A stretch of DNA of 64,000 nt from Flaccisagitta enflata (lineage: Eukaryota). Below, in pieces: positions 12,142 through 23,986 of this stretch. The stretch spans positions 43,462,001 to 43,526,000 of the forward strand of contig OZ231126.1 of the NCBI GenBank assembly GCA_965153355.1, in the 5' to 3' direction. The stretch's first letter is position 1. Each line of letters starts with the position of its first letter. The notes under the pieces were generated by a model that made no database searches, had not been told where the DNA came from, and saw only the letters and a program-made list of their open reading frames with translations. A program made the translations under genes and the position numbers.

Positions 12142-12540
12142 GTGCGTCAACTCCATCCTATCTACGCTCGAATCTCTTGGAAAGGACCCCACAGAAGAAA
12201 TCGATGAAGAGACCAAAAGGCTTCTTCAGGTGCTTTTTCTTTTCATTCTTACCACATATTTTTTTTTCTTTATAACTAGAAAATAAAAGAGACAAACTAA
12301 ACCTTATTTAACATACCAACTTTCGCCCCTTCCCAACACAGCCTTACGAGTTTGACCCAATCTGGATACCTGGCACGGTTTATGGTTTCGCACTCCAATG
12401 GCAAGACGAACTTGTTCTTCGGAACGGTTCCACTGTTCCACCAAACTACATGGTCACCATCAAAAGGATCCGACGCTTGAAAAAAGAAGACTCGCCTTTG
12501 GAATTTGTCCCATCGTATGCCAACGGCAAGGCAACCGGAG

Positions 12541-13050
12541 CAGGGTTGCATCTATCCATTACAACATATGGTTAAATTTTTTGTCAGGGGGCTAAGGTAA
12601 TATTTTTGCTATTTTCTTCGGTCTCAGGTACCGTATGATTTTCCAAGTGGTTTCATATGCCCGAAACAATTCACCCAGTCCATATTTGAGAGTATGCATC
12701 GAAATTTTATAGAATTATCGCATTTTCTTCGTTATTTCAGCCCAAGATTATGTTAGATTATTGCTAAAAATTGTGTACAAATATGTAACACATAGAAATG
12801 AATTATTTTTCAGCCGATCTAGCTTTAAACTGATCAACGAAGGCGTCTTACTATCTCTGTTGGTCTATGAGAGAAAAATAAAAAAAAAATTATGGCGATA
12901 TCTTCATTTTTACCCGAGATATTCTTCTTGAAAGTTATAGTATCAGCTGTGGCAAACAGGCTTTTATCACGTTAACTTAATGCGACCAACTTTTTTTTTC
13001 TTGTGGGTATCATACGGCGATTTAAAGCCGTTTTTCAATGGCGCTCCCTA
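12541..13050. mobile_element. Putative decayed hAT-like insertion
   Basis: Ends CAGGG... and ...CCCTA. The flanks AACCGGAG and GACCTGTG match at 5 of 8 positions. Removal restores the reading frame. Confidence 0.4.
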
Positions 13051-13634
13051 GACCTGTGCCTTAGTGAGCAAAGACAACCGTTGGATTTTGTCGGAACCTT
13101 CGCAAAACTCATTATTTCCCTTGCTTCAAGACGACCCTATTTCCGAGATTTTAAGACATTGGTGTTCCATTTTGTCACATGAGTTAATATTGTGTCATAT
13201 TCCGTGGTTAAGCATTGAATGTTGATTTTCTCCCCTCATATACCTCCATTAGCAAGTTTTCTACACTGTCAAAAGAGAAAAGAGAATCGTTGAATCATTA
13301 AGTATCGAGTGGGCCATGTAGAACAATGACCCTATTTCCGAGATTTTAAGACAACCGGCTGAAAATAAGCGTAACGTTCTTGAGCTATATTTCAATTGTT
13401 CTGACGCATGGGAATGTGAGTTAATGATGGGGAAACACTAGTAGATGCTTTCAATTAATAATTTTATCCTAAACTCGTCGTCGTCGTCGTCGTCATCGTC
13501 GTCATCATCGTCGCAGCGATGGCAAATCGATGCGTTTCCACCTCTTTGATCGCGTATGATTACGCTTACGAGAACACAAGTGCAACTCAATATTCTAGTT
13601 CCCTTGCACAGTAAAGCTAATTTCGGTCAATTGA

Positions 13635-13694
<60 letters not shown>

Positions 13695-14854
13695 GATGAG
13701 TGAAGATTTTAAAAATTGGATGTTTTGAGCGGTTTTGAACCTTTGCATAACCAAGTGACCAAACAATCGAGAGGGAAAGACTGAGCAAAGAAAGAGAGAG
13801 AAAGAAAGAAAGAAAGAAAGAACGAAAGAACGAAAGAACGAAAGAACGAAAGAACGAAAGAACGAAAAAAATGGCAAAAATGAAAGAGGGAAAGAAGCAA
13901 TGGAGAAAGACGGAACAAAATAAAGAAAAACAAAAAGAAACAGAAAGAAAGGAAGGGAGAAAAAAAGAAAGTGAGAGAAAAAGGAAAAAAGAGAAAAGTC
14001 ATCCAAGGATTGCACATGGTCAGCCGTAACCGATAACCTGCTTGGAGTGATCAGCTGAATAAGTAGAGTGAGAGCAGGGCAGCGGCCCCAAAGGGCCGAT
14101 GTCCTGTAGGACACAGGGGTGAATTACCTTACGTCCTGAGAAGGCAAATTTTAGGCTTTTGGGGCAATTTTCCATGATATTCAATGGGAATTACATATTC
14201 TCAGCAATTTCTTGTTATTTTTCCATGTTATTCAATGAGGAATTCTTTTCTTATTAATCTTTCATGAAATCCAATTGCAATTTTGCATTTTTTTCATTTT
14301 TTGTTAATTTTCCATGTTATTGGATGGGATATATGCATTTTTCTATTTTTTTGTAATCTTTCCATGTTATGCAATGGGAAGTTAGTATTTTGTCATTTTC
14401 CCATGTTATTTAATGGGAAGTTTGCATGTTGTTATTTTCCCATGTTATTTAATGGGAAGTTTGCATTTTGATATTTTCCTTTGTTATTCGATGGGAAATT
14501 GAGAATTAAGAAGTTTTGGGGGAGGGGGGACGTACGTACGGACAGACGGACAGACGGACGGAGGTAAGGAAATTCACCTCTGTGTCCTACAGAGAGGCCA
14601 GATTTGGAGTCAGAAAGGTCTGATTTGGGGTCTGAAAGGCCTGATTAGGGGTCTGAGAGGCCCTATTTGAGGCTTGGGGGAGGGGGGGACGTAAGGAAAA
14701 CGGAAACCAGAGAAAATTGCTCTATGTGGAATCATAGGTGATCGGCCCCTCCGGGGCCGCTGCTAAAAAAGGAACAGGTCGCCCAAAGGCAATATGTGGT
14801 CAGTGATACCCGTTGCCCTGCTTTGCATGGTTGTGAATCAGAGTGAGAGGAAGC

Positions 14855-15312
14855 AGGGCAGCGGCCCCAAAGGGGACAAAGTCCTGTAGAACGCAGGGGG
14901 ACTTTTGTTCACCCATCTATCCGTCCATCCATCCGTCAGCCCCCCCCAGGCCCTCTCAGGCCTGAAATCTACCCTCTCAGGCCTGAAATCTGCCCTCTCA
15001 GGCCTGAAATCTGCCCTCTCAGGCTTTGAATCTAAGGGGGCGTATGTAAGGCCTGAGAGGACAGGTTTCAGGCCTGAGAGGGCAGATTTCAGACCTGGGA
15101 GGGTAGATTTCAGGTCTAAGAGGGCAGATTCAAGGCCTGAAAGGGCAGATTTCAGGCCTGAGAGGGCAGATTTCAGGCTTGAGAGGGTAGATTTTAGGTC
15201 TGAAAGGGCCTGGGGGGGACTAACGGAAGAACAGACGGATGGACGGACGAACGAACAAAAGTCCCCCTGTGTTCTACAGGGCTTCGTCCCCTTCGGGGCC
15301 GCTGCCCAAAAA
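14855..15312. mobile_element. Non-autonomous element carrying a 21-bp tandem array (related copies at about 14077-14770, 42755-43346, 51338-51980, 54395-54996, 56350-56710)
   Basis: Inverted ends GGGCAGCGGCCCC / GGGGCCGCTGCCC, internal GGCCTGAGAGGGCAGATTTCA-type repeats and a (GACG/GTCC)n tract. Confidence 0.75.
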
Positions 15313-15504
15313 AGGAAAAAGAAGAAAAAAATGAAAGAAAGAAAGAAAAAGAAAATCAGAAAATCAGAAAAAAGAAAAAAAGAAAAACGGAAAAAGGAAT
15401 AAGGAGAGAGAAAAAAAGAATTGGATGTTCTGCGCGGTTTTCACCTTTGTATTACCAAGCAAGCAAACAACTGATCAACCTACTGATGAGCATGGACGCT
15501 CATG

Positions 15505-15589
<85 letters not shown>

Positions 15590-15713
15590 TATGGCGTACG
15601 CGCTTACTTGTTGGAAAGATGAACGCTTACGTTTACGCTTACAAGTCCACAGAAATTGTGGGAACAATAATGCTTACAAGTAAAGCCAAAAGTGGCGAGT
15701 ACAGCGAGTACGC

Positions 15714-16232
15714 TTGGGTGCTTCATATAGCAAAAGTTGGGAGTATCCCTCAACCTTACTTAAATAACGTGGAGGAGCAAAAATCATAAAAAATGACAAT
15801 TTTTCTTTTTTCAAAATTTCTCTATCTTCCGTTCTTGTTTTGGCATTAAAAGTTTCCACAGATTTCCCAGAATTCAGCAAAATCCTGTGTAGTTTTGTTA
15901 CAACAAGGACAATTATTTGTTGTTGGAAATCATGATGTTTGTAAAAAAAAAAACTAAAATATCAGAACATAAACTATAGAAGAGTTTATGAAAAGGCAGA
16001 ATTACAATTCTATAAATAGAAAAAATTTGTAAAAGCTAATTCAGACAATATCAGCATATTGTTTTATCCCACTGCAATATGCAAATTAAGTCCTCAAAAA
16101 CAATTTTTTTAGAAACGGAAGATGAACAATTCTTGATAAAAAAAAAATGGTAAGGATCCTAAAATTAGCCATTCCATATTAGAAAAAGAAGGTGAAACAA
16201 AATCACCTACTTTTGCTATGAGAAGCACCCAA
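15714..16232. mobile_element. MITE with a 9-bp TSD (Mutator-like)
   Basis: TIR TTGGGTGCTTCATATAGCAAAAGT / ACTTTTGCTATGAGAAGCACCCAA. Flanks CGAGTACGC and CGAGTAAGC match at 8 of 9 positions. Confidence 0.75.
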
Positions 16233-17239
16233 CGAGTAAGCGACCAGGTCCGCGTCCGCGTCCACGTACGATAACGCCATCACTGCATCGTCATCATGCA
16301 TCAACGTCATTGTCGGAATGTAAAAAAGTGGGATAACTTTGGAAGTACAAGAGTAAGGATCATGAAATTTTGCACTCTCGGACAAATGCTATTACTGTTG
16401 GGTTTATTTGAGGACTAGAGCTGTTTAAACAGGACCAATTGGCCCATTACCGGCCAAGATTGGCATGAGTAATTGAATACACGGCAATCCAGTAATTGAA
16501 TACACGGCAATCCAGTCGCGGACAGTTTGGCAGGAGTAGTAATGCAAAAACCACTCGGAATTCAAAAAGGTCAAGGAGGGAAGGACCGACCGACCAACAC
16601 CGCAAGGTGTAGAGTCGCGTGTCCATGACTCAAAACAATGATTTAATTATAAGATTAGGTTTGGCGTTTTTGTTTTTGTTTTTTTCATTTTTGGCATAAA
16701 AGTGCCCTCTGAGGTACTGAGAAAAGTCGGCTCACAGTGGTAACGACGAGCTGTTTTCTTTTTCTTTTTCAGTCCAGCATCTTCCGCTTTTTAGTCGCGA
16801 ACACGAAACTCTAACCAACTTCTCGGTCCATCGGTCCATGCGTCTGTCCATCCGTCACAGTTGTTATTCGACTTTTTCTGCTCCTGCCCACCCGTCCGCG
16901 ACTAATGCTGCCGTTTATACAGCCTTGTTTAGGTCGACTCCTAGGCTTACCCGTTTTTTTTTGGTCATGATGACCGTCATAATATGTAGAGCATTGAAAT
17001 GTACTTGAGGTGGAAGAAAAAAAAATTCGAAAAAAGAGTAAAATGGGGATCGACCGACCGACCAACCATCGGATAAAGCAAGGTGTAGAATCGCGTAGCA
17101 CGCACTTAAAACAAATTCGTGGAACAACTAAAACAAAAGGCCCTTTGAGCAAAATACGAAGCACGTATGCATCATGCCGCCCATAACTTCTGTTGATTTT
17201 CCTTATTTGCATAATTAAGTAAAATATGTTACTTGCCAG

Positions 17240-18234
17240 CGAACTTCGCTTCGTTAAGCGCCAGTTTTCCCAGAAATGATGTTGGGTGATTAATAGGAAA
17301 GGTCAAGATCAGTTTCAGATGGATTCGAAAGATGATAATTTTTCCAGTTGCTTGACCGCCTGTCTACGGATCTTACCATATGCAAAGTTGTATCAAAGCT
17401 TATTCACTCTTCCTTCGCCTGGCCGAGCACGTAAGACATTCTCCATCATCTCGCATTGTCATACAATTATCATGTGACGTCATGCATGTTCATGCATTGT
17501 CATGCTTTCAAACCTCACACCTTTCCCACTCTTGATTAGGATTTGATGTGGCGGGCTTTACTCAGCATAGAGATGTGAACGTCGATGACGATGACAATGA
17601 AGACATCGATAACGAATACAACCCTTGGAAAACATGGAAAGATGACGCCCTGCTTTATGATGAAATCTTCCCGGAAACCTCCACAGCAAAGCCTACTAAG
17701 TCGGAGAAAAACAAGGTATCTATTCTCCTACAAATCCAATGCGTATCTCTTATCTGAACTCTTCTTCTTCGCTCTATATAATAAGTCTTCTTCTATGTTT
17801 CCTTCTTACAGGGAGTGAATATCTTCCAACTCCACCTAGATGATTTCATTTGGCGTCATTTCGGGGAATGTGCAAAACAAGGCTCCAAATTTTGCAGTAT
17901 TCAACAAACCATCGACATCACTCAACTCGATGATACCATGAACGGGCAAGCGCTACAGAAGCAATTTGGTGGGCTTTCAGCGAAGGCGATGTTCAAAAAG
18001 CTTGACTGGCTGCTTCCAGCGAGAGCACCCCCGACTCCATCAACCAGCAAAAAACTGATCAAATCTAGCCGCACAAACGAGTTAGTGGAAAAATGGAAGA
18101 ACAAATCACTTCCAAAAAACCCTTTTCTTAAAAAAGGGCATCCTGAACAGACTGCACATGAAAAAAGAACCAATGATGATGAAAGTGACGACTTGTTTCT
18201 AGAGAAACCTATTGAGAAAAAGAAAAAGAATTAA
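17240..18234 (+). pseudogene. Three phase-consistent exons (17240-17430, 17540-17715, 17812-18234) of an unknown protein; possibly the 3' half of the 11284-13370 gene
   Basis: Donors GTAAGA (17431) and GTATCT (17716), acceptors TTAG (17539) and TTACAG (17811). Spliced: ..SLFTLPSPGRA-RFDVAGF..SEKNK-GVNIFQLHLDDFIWRHFGEC..KKKKN*. One in-frame TGA at 17277. Confidence 0.6.
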
Positions 18235-18541
18235 ATGTTTTTTTAACATCCAACACTGGTGATTGACATCTGCCGCGGGTCCTCAGCGAGTAATGACACA
18301 CACTCTCAACATTCATTTTTCGTTCTCCGCATGTACTCTTTAACTCTATGTAACCTCAAACCCGTTACTGTTGTTTTTTAAATATCTTCTTTGTCTTTCT
18401 TCACAACTTTTCTATCCTATTCTCTTCTTTTTAAATGTAATACTCAGATTGAGATATAATTTTCTACACCGCTTTTGGTTTATCGCGGCAACAACAACAA
18501 CAATAATAACAATAATAACAATAATAACAACAATAACAACA

Positions 18542-20054
18542 ATGGCGACTCCTCGCCCTCCTCGCGGCTCTTCCACCGCCGTCTTCCTCTTCTTCCTCAT
18601 CGTCTTCACCGGTGGCGACGTCGACGGGCGCCCTCACCCGCCAACCTCCAGAGAGAAGGCGGAGGAGGAGCAGTGGAGGTGGCTCCGCTTCTGCGTGAGC
18701 GAGGTGGCGGACGGATGCAGGCACGTTATTTTTCTTTCTCTTCTTACAAATATTTCATTTCATTATAGTTTTAATCGTGTATCACTTTCACTACATTTTC
18801 AGGTATAGGTGGAACTACCGTAAGTGTAAACCATTACTCTAACATCCTCCCCCCCATTTTACCACCCACAGATACGACGGCAGCAGAGAGGCGGCCTTTA
18901 CCGGCTGCATGCTGGAGGAGAATAATGGTACTTAATTTTTCTTCACTTTACAGGAGGAACTTCTTCTGATCATCCTTATTAGATAATGGGACACAGCAAT
19001 AGATGTTAACTTAAATATAACCCTTCAACAGTCACATAAATATTTACTAATCATCTTTTTTTACTTTTCCCCTAAAACCCCGTCTCTCTCTCTCTCTTTA
19101 TTTTTCCATACACACTCACACAAAAGAATGTATCGCACAGGCGCTCAGAAAATGGTGCACGGTTTTGGAGGGGGAAGCGAGGCCGGATCGTTGGGTGGCG
19201 TCGATGACGTCATTCAATGTCACACCACCCCACGATCCGGTCCTCCCACGACGACCGTTTCCAGTAAGTATACTTCATTCTATCCTCTCATTTGATTGTA
19301 TTGAAATACATTTTCGGAAACCGTGGGTCAATTTTCTAACATTTCTCCCCTTATTCTTCTCTATTTTCCCTCCCCAACTCAATGCAGCCATTCTTCAACC
19401 ACAAATCGTCATCGTCATCATCATCATTATCACCAACATCAACGCCGCCGACGCCGATGTTGGCGTCCCCAACGCCGCCGTCTCCTCCATCTCTTCTTCC
19501 TCATCCTCTTCCTCTTCCTCGTCCTCAACCACTTCCACCTCGTCGTCAAGAGGAGGAGAGGGAAGCGGAGAAGTTTTGGGTGTTAAGCCCTCCCAAACCT
19601 CTCTCCCCTCCTCCTCTATCACCATCATCGTCATCATTATCTTCCTCAACCTCAACCACCACCGCGACGCCTCCTCTCACAACCACAACAACAACAACAT
19701 CAACGACAACAACAACAACAACAAAATCAATAACAGCGGCAACAACAATAGCAACAACAACAACGGCGCAACAACAAGAACAACTACAACAAAAACAACA
19801 AAAACTAAGAAAGAAACAAAAGCAACAACAAAACCAAGAAGAAGAACAATTTCAACAATTACAACAACAACAACGTGAACAACAACAACAACAACAACGA
19901 CAAGAAAGACAACAACAACGTCAACAAAACCAAAAACAAAAAAAACAGCAACATGAACAACAACAACAACAAAATTTACAACAACGTCAACAACAACAAA
20001 GACAATACCAACAACAACAAAGACAACTACGGTACGACCAACGGAGACAAAGAG

Positions 20055-20110
<56 letters not shown>

Positions 20111-20144
20111 AAGCAACAACATCAACAACAGGAACAACAACAAG

Positions 20145-20187
<43 letters not shown>

Positions 20188-21112
20188 GGAACAACAACAG
20201 GAACAACAACATCAACAACAACAGCAACAACATCAACAACAACAACAGCAACAACAACAGGAACAGCAGCATCATCAACAGCAGCAACAACAAGAACAAC
20301 AACATCAACAGCAACAGCAACAACATCAACAACAACTTCAACAGCAACAACAACAACAACACGCTCCATCACCCTCGCCATCTTCCACCACCCCCACCAT
20401 CCTCACCATCTCGCTCTCATCCCCACCGGCGTCGGTGGTGAACATCGACGCCGCCACCGTCGTCGCCCAAATCCACGCGATGTCGTCGATTTTGGTAAGA
20501 TTCATTCCGAATTATCTTCACTTTGAGATTGGCATTAATTAACCTTTCATTCTCTCCTCTCGCTCTTTTCGTTCTGGTATTGATTATTCAGCTTCAAGAT
20601 GGCCATTTTAGTCAACCCTTTTTTTTTCTTGTTTTCGCTTTCACCCTTGTAAAAAGGATTAAACCCACTATACCCATTATCATTTCCCACCAACAGCCGA
20701 AATTACAAATCATCAAAGTGACGCCGGTGGAAAAAACGGACAATCATCAGACGGTCAACGAACAAACGGCCAGGCAACAATCATCAGATAAACAAACAGA
20801 TAAACTACGGTTAATCGAACAGCTAACGGATGGAACGAACGTCGACGACCAAACGGATAATCATCAACCAATCGATCGGATGGATGAACAGCAGTCATCG
20901 GATATACATCGGCCAATCAGCGAGCAAACGGCCAAAACGATCCACGACAGACGAGCGGATGTAACGAAGATCGACAGTCATACGCAGCGGCGTATTTGAA
21001 GGGGCTTCCGCAGCTGCCGCGGCAGCTGTTCTGTGTCGGACAGGATCGATGTCGGACAGACAGACAAAGAAAAAAAGAAGAAAGAGGAGGAGGAGAGGAG
21101 GACGAGGAGAAG

Positions 21113-21166
<54 letters not shown>

Positions 21167-22852
21167 TGGTATTTAGAAATCAAAACTTGTGTTGTTCGGT
21201 AGTATATAACAATGGGCCCCATAGGTCATGTGATTATTCATGCTATGCCATAGTCTGCGCTTTTCGCTCTGATGGAATCCCTCTGTATCATTTTACCATT
21301 GTTATTTCTTTTTATTTGGATTCCCGCTGAAAATATTTCTGCTAAAATGTCCAACGGAAAACGATTTCAGCTTACCCCCAAATGATGCTTTAAAAAAAAA
21401 TGCAGTCATTGCTCTAAGTGTGATGAGAATTCTATGAACTTATTTACACAAATAATGTACTAGGTAGTTTCACAATACACACTGCTGTAACAAGTTATGT
21501 ATGGTCATATTTAGTTATGTTTATATAGTAATAGATATTTATGTATGGTTTTGAATAGAAATATGTATATTTATATAATAATAATTTTTAGTACTATAGG
21601 TCGGACAGGAGCTTTGTCGGACATAGATTGAAGGCGGCAGCTGCTAAAATCTTGGCTCAGATACGCCGCTGGTCATACGGATACAACAGTCATCGAACAG
21701 CGATCGGACATATCAATCGGCGATGATCAAACGGTCGGAGAAATGGACATCGGACAAACGAATGGAACAAAACTCGACGGTCATTCAGTCAAAACAATCG
21801 ACGACGAACGAGCGGATGAAACGGACATCGAACGGCGATCGGATGGACACTCGAATGGAACGCACGTCGACGGTCATACGGACAAATCATCGGGCAGCGA
21901 TCAAACAAATGCAACGGACATTCACGGCCATACGGACAACGCGGACGGCGGATGGTACTTCGCTATGTAAGTTTTCTAAGTCTACGTTACACCGACAAGT
22001 GTGCAGGTCAGTCACTTGGGTTCAAACTAAATGTTAAACAATCCCTCTCCTATGTTTCTTTATTTCTTTGTCTCTTCTCCAACTCGAAATAATTAGCGAG
22101 GGTGGTTCTATCGTTGTCGGGATAGTGGTTGTGGTCGGCGTGGTGGTAGTTGTCACCCGACACTACACCCGCCGACAACAGGCTGCTGATGTTGCGGCAG
22201 AGGCTCGTCCTCATGACGAGGCTGTCGTCATGTCCGATCTGGTGAGATTACTATAACTTTAAACCTTCACTAGTTATGTGTAATTAGATATATAGTGAAG
22301 TTTACTTATACATTCTTAGTTTGCAGTCCTCTTGTCATTTACCAACTCTATTCCAATCTCTCTTATACTACTTTTAATAACAACTTTCAGCTTAGAAGAG
22401 TAGAAGAAGGGGACGCGGCAGAAAGAGAGGAGGTGGAAAGAGAGGAAGCGGAAAGAGAGGAAGCGGAAAGGGAGGAAGCGGAAAGGGAGGAAGCGGAAAG
22501 GGAAGAAGCGGCAAGGGAGGAAGCGGCAAGGGAGGAAGCGGCAAGGGAGGAAGCAGCAAGGGAGGAAGCGGCAAGGGAGGAAAGAGAGGAAGAGGATTGG
22601 GATTCGGAATTGGAGAGAGAAGCGATAGCGTTGGCGAGGTGGAGGAGGCCAGAAGGATTTGGGGAGCAGAGAAGACAGGAGGAAGAGCAAGTTGAAGCGG
22701 GTTGGTTTTGTTGTGGAAGACGGGTGGTTGGTATAAGAGGTAGAGGAGGTAGAGGTAGAGGTAGAGGTAGAGGGATTGGCGAGGAGGAAGGGTTAGAGGC
22801 GTTGCAACAGGCGAGACACGACATCCTCCTGACCACACGCACCTACATATAA
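18542..22852 (+). pseudogene. Spliced type I membrane glycoprotein, about 891 aa (exons 18542-18724, 18809-18819, 18872-18927, 19127-19263, 19388-20494, 20697-21966, 22097-22241, 22391-22852), with a MITE in exon 6
   Basis: Signal-peptide-like AVFLFFLIVF, Cys-containing N domain, S/T/P and poly-Q stalk, NGT/NAT sequons, TM segment IVVGIVVVVGVVVVV followed by RHYTRR, and a cytoplasmic (EREEA)n/RG tail. Junctions are phase-consistent; boundaries of exons 1-4 have an alternative in-frame solution. Confidence 0.7.
20985..21671. mobile_element. hAT-type MITE in the glycoprotein exon
   Basis: TIR CAGCGGCGTAT / ATACGCCGCTG. Perfect 8-bp TSD GTCATACG at 20977-20984 and 21672-21679. Confidence 0.9.
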
Positions 22853-23505
22853 AGACACTCACATTCTCTCAAACCCCATGCACACCACATAACATACAAG
22901 CACACACTGTTACCTTTACCAGCATGCATTAGTGCACATACTGCCATGTACATTCTGTATATACGAGGTAAACTTCTTGATACATTTTTTTATTCTTAGA
23001 CTTAATCTAGTATGTCGTTGGCGTAGATTTTTTAGATATAAGTTTAACTGGTGGGCTAACATGTATTTTGGATTATGGTAGCTATAATTTTTCAACATTA
23101 CTTATATATTCATTTATCATTTTAAAAAACTAATTTCCTCTTTTTTCTTATCTAATTTCATTTTCCCCCTTTTCAATCGCATAAATAATCACTACTATAA
23201 ACACTCGCACTAACATTATTAGCCACATCATGATCAATCGACCACCCGGAGACGGTCTGTGGCGGCCATTATCGCCACAGACAGCGAGGGGGACAGCAGC
23301 GGCAAAGAAGGGGACAACGAGGAAGAAGACAGGGCAAAGAGTGGGGTTTTTTTTTCAGATGAGGTTAAATTGAGTAAGGAAGAGGATGGGGGGGCAGTTG
23401 ATAGTATGGCGTCAGCGTTTGGGAAACTAAAGATGATTGACCCTAGACGTAAAACACAGTAAATTAATTAAGGGGAAATTGAATTAATTTTTTATGGGTC
23501 ATATT

Positions 23506-23986
23506 TTTAGTCGCGTGCACGCGACTCTACACTTTGCCGTGTTGGTCGGTAGGTCGGTCGGTAGGTCCGTCCTTCCGTCCGTCCGTCCGTCACATTTTTG
23601 AAATTATGAGTTTTTAAGGTTTTTTAAGGTATTTTAAGGTACTCTAGGGTATTTCAGGGTACTTTAGGGTCCGTCAGGGTACTTTAGGGTACTTAAGTTA
23701 TTTTAGGTACTTAAAGTATCTTAGGGTACTTTCAGATACTTTTGTTTTTATTTCAGGTATTTTTGAGTATTTTTGGGTATTATTAGGTGTTTTTGGGTAT
23801 TTTTGGGTGTTATTGGGTATTTTTGGGTATTTTTGGGTATTTTATCGACTTTTTATTGGACAGTCGTTATTGGTTCAGAATGTAACTTTTTTTGGGATAG
23901 ACGTTATGTAGTATGAAGTTCTGTCGTATGAAGTTGTGTAATTGTTTGTAACGTAGCACGCGACTGTTGGCCTGTTGGGCTTGTTT
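23506..23986 (+). mobile_element. HINE/Helentron-like non-autonomous repeat (one of about 20 or more related copies in the window)
   Basis: T-rich start, palindrome AGTCGCGTGCACGCGACT, (GGTC/GTCC)n microsatellite, internal 10-bp tandem array, and a CTTGTT end. Similar copies include 26323-26552, 36995-37290, 42130-42302, 44303-44498, 44615-44762, 49962-50112 and 63405-63620. Confidence 0.7.

Larger units (their letters stand above)
11284..13370 (+). pseudogene. Multi-exon gene of unknown function (exons 11284-11373, 11523-12229, 12342-13370) interrupted by three insertions
   Basis: GT-AG junctions are phase-consistent. Removing the insertions gives WATFYQNGSTMGIAFMKIDTNKAGSQWQTK-GFRSDEGYLCWSLPLCDFVELVGRNVFQVLQACVNSILSTLESLGKDPTEEIDEETKRLLQ-PYEFDPIWIPGTVYGFALQWQDELVLRNGSTVPPNYMVTIKRIRRLKKEDSPLEFVPSYANGKATGALVSKDNRWILSEPSQNSLFPLLQDDPISEILRQPAENK. 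Confidence 0.6.

Noticed and set aside
14905-15402. 165-aa ORF with ERADFRP repeats
   Set aside because: Translation of the 21-bp array inside a dispersed non-autonomous element.
10222-17279. Two in-frame TGA stops suggesting TGA recoding or an alternative genetic code
   Set aside because: The long ORFs use TGG for Trp, and the same genes carry frameshifts and insertions. Ordinary decay is the simpler explanation.
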